Part shown: piece by piece, positions 59,901-64,000 of the stretch | How the letters are laid out: each line of letters begins with the position of its first letter | Numbering within the stretch: the stretch's first letter is position 1 | Assembly: GCA_008632985.1 (NCBI GenBank) | Contig: QPGO01000175.1 | Location: 1 to 64,000 of the forward strand | DNA length: 64,000 nucleotides | From: Psammoneis japonica | Lineage: Eukaryota | Direction: 5' to 3' | The notes under the pieces: generated by a model | What the model was told of the DNA's origin: nothing | Database searches by the model: none | The model's input: the letters and a program-made list of their open reading frames with translations, nothing else | Position numbers and translations under genes: made by a program

Positions 59901-60596
59901 CCGATTTTGCCCCTGAGTTTCTCATCACCACAAAGCTGCCTCCTTCACCCAAGAGATCTCCTTTGCCTTGCAATCCAGCTCACTGACAACAAACCCAAAG
60001 CAGCACTCTCTTCTGCAAATGCACAGTTCTTTTCATCATGCACCTCCTTTCCACTGGCTGATGTCCATTTCAACCTGCTGTTCCTTGGTGAACCCCTGAC
60101 CTTTTCCATTGGGCACCTCACCTTTCACAGATGAAGTTGTCAGTCCCTCTCTTTGCCTCAGTTCCTGTCTCATGCTGCAACTTCTCTGCCTGTTCCAACT
60201 GTGACCCAACTCATTGCTCTCATCTCCCTGTGCCTCCCTTGGCAGGTCTAGCCACAGTGTGGTGCATTGCAGAGTTGAGTGTTGAAACACTGCAGTTGCC
60301 CAGGTTATCTCCCAATGTTGTGTCACGGAAAACAGCAGTTTGAGCACTAACTTAAAACACCTTCTAGCTGTGCAATAAACTAAAAAGAACTGAATCCTAG
60401 CTAGGAAATGATCGGGCTCACTATAAACAGAGAATAGAAAAAGACTGCACCTTCCCCATTGAGTGTTTGAGGCGAAAAACAATGGCGACAGTTCACGGCA
60501 CCAATCGAAATGCCTGCGCCGAAATCAACCGGCACCAGCCATTAGTTGGGTGATGCACAACTGCATTATTGTGATCTATCATCATTATTTGTTACT

Positions 60597-61892
60597 CTAT
60601 GCGGCATCACTAATGGCGGAAGGTTCTGCCGAGCTCTCTACAGTCTCAAACATTATAGCATGCTTCCTCAACTGCCGGTAGACTTCATCACATTGACCAA
60701 ATAAAGCTGCTGGGAGCATGACGCCGCCCTTGAAGGCAAGCTTGTCACGATGCTCTAGCAAAGTTGTTGCCAGTGCGACAATTATTTGCGGCGTTGCTAC
60801 GTAACCCGGCTCTGGTCCATGGCACTTGACTCTGACATAGTCCTTTTCGCTGCTGCCGTATGCTGTAGTGAAAGTTGTAAAGCACGCACTGGCAAGCTCC
60901 TGTTCTGTTGGCCCCCCTTGTCGGAAGAAACCACCCGAAAATGATTCTGGGTGGTCATGAAGAACCTTGCAGCCCCAGCCAAATCTGGCTAGAAACGAAA
61001 ATACAGCCCCAAATGCCAAGAGCTGCAGTGCGTGTGATTTCTCTTTTAGTCCAATACTTACGGCTAGTCGAGGTTGAGGTGTGTCCACATATTGGGACGG
61101 ATTCCGCAAACGAAGGTACCTATCGGAGGCCAATATTGCTGCAGCATCTGCGCCCATGAATTTGATAATGTAGGTATTGGTGGCCTCGTGATACTGTGGG
61201 ATGGCACCGGGCGCTGCTGGTACCTTCGGCCAGTCCTCTGGTCTTGTAGGTGGTTTCTGCACTTTGAATTTTTCTTTAACAGCTTGACGACTTTGCTTAA
61301 GCTCTCCAGTAATGGCAGCACGAAAGCCATCGACAGCTGCGTGAAATGTTGTTGGGTTTCCACACGCAATACCATCAAAAGTATGAACAATTTCGATTCC
61401 AGTCAATGGTGCAGAATCAAAGCGACGACTGAGCTCTCTTGCAGCAAAGGTAGCAGAGAGCTCTGCTGGAACACAATCGAATGCGCATGCACTCACAATC
61501 AGTGTATCAGCCGAACGAGCAGCAGCATCGTGCTGAACCAATACGTCATCGAAAAATTGCGGTTCCCCGCACAAATCAAGGTAATCCGTCTTGGTTTCGA
61601 TTGCGGCCCGGACAATCTCAATTCCAACGTGACGATACGGTCCGGCACAAGCAAGAACAACCCGAGCCTTTTCCAATGCACCCTTTAGGGCATCCAGATC
61701 ATCGACTGGAGCCACCAAGATAGCGTCTTGCTTGAGGTCAATCTCTGTTGCGACTTGCTCCAACTTTTCTCGGGAACGCCCAGAGATCGCCAGTTTGTGC
61801 TCTGTCGATTCTTTGATGTACTTGGCAACCTTCTTACCCGTAAAGCCTGTTGCACCGTATACAATAATGTCAAACTCTCTCGTTCCCGTCAT
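60597..61892 (-). CDS. SCCPDH: Saccharopine dehydrogenase-like oxidoreductase
   Basis: FDIIVYGATGFTG, ACAGPY, YLDLCGEP, AFDCVPAE, GPEPGYVAT. Confidence 0.9.
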   Translation of the reverse strand: MTGTREFDIIVYGATGFTGKKVAKYIKESTEHKLAISGRSREKLEQVATEIDLKQDAILVAPVDDLDALKGALEKARVVLACAGPYRHVGIEIVRAAIETKTDYLDLCGEPQFFDDVLVQHDAAARSADTLIVSACAFDCVPAELSATFAARELSRRFDSAPLTGIEIVHTFDGIACGNPTTFHAAVDGFRAAITGELKQSRQAVKEKFKVQKPPTRPEDWPKVPAAPGAIPQYHEATNTYIIKFMGADAAAILASDRYLRLRNPSQYVDTPQPRLAVSIGLKEKSHALQLLAFGAVFSFLARFGWGCKVLHDHPESFSGGFFRQGGPTEQELASACFTTFTTAYGSSEKDYVRVKCHGPEPGYVATPQIIVALATTLLEHRDKLAFKGGVMLPAALFGQCDEVYRQLRKHAIMFETVESSAEPSAISDAA

Positions 61893-62290
61893 GGTCGCAC
61901 GTCGTCCTTGATGTGTATAATGTACCGGTATGCGACCTCTTGACCTCTTGATCGCGTCGGAGGGAGTTTTTGATTTTTTAGTTTTGAGATTCCGAATTCC
62001 GCACCTTTCTTTTCATCTGAGACTTTTCACTTGACTTGTTTTGGCCATGGCCTGAACGAGCACCGCCGGGGACTGACGCCGTTCTTCAACAACGATAGCG
62101 ACGGCGCGATTGACATTAGAGCAAGAATACACATCGTAAGTATACAGAATATACCAGAAGTTATTGATAGACCGGATGGGTGACGAGAATATCCCGCTGC
62201 AACGCCATTTTCGACGCGTCAGCAGATTGAGTTTTCTCTTCTCTCTAACGGTACTTTTCTGCTTTGTTCGAATTGCAATTGTGGTAGGAG

Positions 62291-63250
62291 ATGTCTTGTC
62301 GTCACGTTGTTTTGTTAAAGAGAAGAATAGCTCCTCGTTGTGGGACTTTTGCCCGACGATGTCTGTCTACTGCTAAGGACAGTAGTCCATCAAACGATGA
62401 TACGGAATTGTTGGTGGTTGAGTCAGCCTTGAAACAGGTGCCCGAGTATGGCTGGACCAACGATGCAATTGCCGCTGGCGTCTTGGAAGCAAAATTGCCA
62501 CCTACACTGGCAGGATTGGTGTCTCCTGAAGCTCTTGTGGCACACGTGATGGAGAGTGGTAATGCTCATTTACGATCCGAACTGGAGCGAAAAAAGGAGG
62601 TATGGAGCAAAGAAGAAGCGGCGACGATTTCCATTCGCTCTCGCCTTGTCGAATGTTTAAAAACAAGACTGGAATATATATTTCCCTACATTGAGGCTCA
62701 GAGGTGGCATCAAGCCATGGCTCTAGGCGCCATGCCTCCCAACAATGTAACTCTGACGGCGAAACAGTTGAATGAGTTAGTAACGATGATTTCGGAGGCC
62801 ATTCTTGTGGGGACAACTCACGCTCCTCTTGGACCGTTGGAGCAAACCGCCATTGGAGCTGTCTACGCGTCAACAGAGTTATTTCTCTTGACAGATAAAA
62901 GCCAAGATTATGCAGACTCGTGGGAATTTTTGGAAGACCGCGTGAGAGAACTAGATGTGCTTGCATCCAGCAACATTCTAACTTCACCACAGTCTCTCGT
63001 GAATGGTGATACAGCTGTTGCAATGTCTGCAGTAGCCATGTCGTTGGGTGGAGCTGTGCTGAGCTTGGTACAGCCTACAGCGAAAGGAGCGGCCGCTTTT
63101 ATTCCCGGTAATCCAGTGACGCAGTTCGCCAACAGCATGTTTTCATCTACCATAAACGATACAGCACCCGCCGGCACGAGTCCGAGTGACTACGAAGCTA
63201 CTACACCAGACACAAAAGATCTTCCGCCCTTCCCGAGTGACATCAAATAG
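62291..63250 (+). CDS. COQ9: Ubiquinone biosynthesis protein COQ9, mitochondrial
   Basis: Transit peptide, ALKQVPEYGWT, WHQAMAL, VYASTELFLLTDKSQDYADSWEFLEDRV. Confidence 0.88.
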   Translation: MSCRHVVLLKRRIAPRCGTFARRCLSTAKDSSPSNDDTELLVVESALKQVPEYGWTNDAIAAGVLEAKLPPTLAGLVSPEALVAHVMESGNAHLRSELERKKEVWSKEEAATISIRSRLVECLKTRLEYIFPYIEAQRWHQAMALGAMPPNNVTLTAKQLNELVTMISEAILVGTTHAPLGPLEQTAIGAVYASTELFLLTDKSQDYADSWEFLEDRVRELDVLASSNILTSPQSLVNGDTAVAMSAVAMSLGGAVLSLVQPTAKGAAAFIPGNPVTQFANSMFSSTINDTAPAGTSPSDYEATTPDTKDLPPFPSDIK

Positions 63251-63350
63251 CTATAGGATGAAAATTGCAAGGTAATAAGAGAGCCTGTCTCTGCCATGAT
63301 TCTACAATACTTTTATTTATCATTATCCTCTACTACTGGAGAGAGACAAG

Positions 63351-64000
63351 CTAAGCCAGCATGGGTGTCTGTTTTCCCATGTAGTCTCTAGTTTGACTGA
63401 CCTTCACTGCCCATTCCCCAAAGCGAGTGGACAAGCTTGATAGTTGAGCATTGTCGAGAACCCTCGGCATGACCCACGTGACTTGCACTGTTTCGTCCAC
63501 TTGGTCCATACTTCCCTGAATCAATCCCAAGCTTAGAGCCCTCATGATAACCAACTCGACCTGATCCTTGGGTATGTGGATGCGCTCCGCTACATCCTCA
63601 AAGGACAGAGTCCGGTCAGAACTAGGTCGCTCAAACACCATATTGACCAAGGCCAGAAGGGTAATTTTTTCTTGCAAAAAAGAGGCCCGATTGGAGAGAG
63701 CGGGCTGCTGTGCAATTTCAGAAGCGTGCTTCTCCGAAATGGCCTGAAACTGCAGCACGTCTCCCTTGGCACTGGCGTGCATAAGTTCCATGAGCCAAGC
63801 GTTCGGAGTGTTTTCCAACTCCTTGAGAATTGGCGTCGTGACGACTTGGCCAAAGTTGTAGACACCGTCTCCCGTTAAGGCTGCCAAACTGAGATTGGTA
63901 GCCAACTGGAATCGCTCTTGTTGTGAGAGCGTGTCGAGAGCCGTGTAGTTCAAGTAACTGAGCGCTTCGTGATAATACGCTTCCGGTGGACCAACCGCCT
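63351..64000 (-). CDS. PSMD13: 26S proteasome regulatory subunit Rpn9, 3' part; continues beyond the window
   Basis: AALTGDGVYNFG and PCI domain VELVIMRALSLGLIQGSMDQVDETVQVTWVMPRVL. Confidence 0.92.
   Translation of the reverse strand, partial: AVGPPEAYYHEALSYLNYTALDTLSQQERFQLATNLSLAALTGDGVYNFGQVVTTPILKELENTPNAWLMELMHASAKGDVLQFQAISEKHASEIAQQPALSNRASFLQEKITLLALVNMVFERPSSDRTLSFEDVAERIHIPKDQVELVIMRALSLGLIQGSMDQVDETVQVTWVMPRVLDNAQLSSLSTRFGEWAVKVSQTRDYMGKQTPMLA

Larger units (their letters stand above)
52720..60345. mobile_element. Large decayed repeat/TE tract lacking both TpA and CpG
   Basis: About 7.6 kb of TG/CA-rich DNA with internal duplications and only Cys/His-rich short ORFs; sharp return to normal composition at both ends. 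Confidence 0.7.

Noticed and set aside
52837..60343. Many Cys/His-rich ORFs as real zinc-binding proteins
   Set aside because: They are explained by loss of TAA/TAG and by Tyr->Cys/His conversion, and they overlap in all frames.
52748..60345. Possible TIRs CTCAAAACTGCT / AGCAGTTTGAG bounding the large tract
   Set aside because: The match is short and gapped with no TSD, so it is insufficient alone.

Overview
Eukaryotic DNA with short introns, most likely a diatom (inferred from gene content and intron style). Host genes: cystatin, succinyl-CoA ligase beta, FHA protein, CCT-alpha, GST-like protein, IRE1 with an extra C-terminal CCCH finger, ferrochelatase with a CAB motif, CRAL-TRIO protein, saccharopine-dehydrogenase-like protein, COQ9 and Rpn9. 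These alternate with mobile DNA: a DDE-type transposon carrying a 3'-5' exonuclease domain, a full-length P-superfamily element with TIRs and an 8-bp TSD, a near-intact Crypton, a LINE fragment, a MITE and two heavily decayed tracts. The dominant signal is compositional. Five tracts (about 6.7-11.1, 13.6-15.2, 21.5-28.3, 34.2-37.3 and 52.7-60.3 kb) have lost almost every TpA dinucleotide. Paired TIRs, a TSD and internal repeats, plus Tyr->His/Cys changes in conserved motifs, point to TA->CA/TG. This resembles a repeat-targeted hypermutation process running opposite to fungal RIP, with CpG decay added in the more decayed tracts. All counts are by eye; no searches were run.
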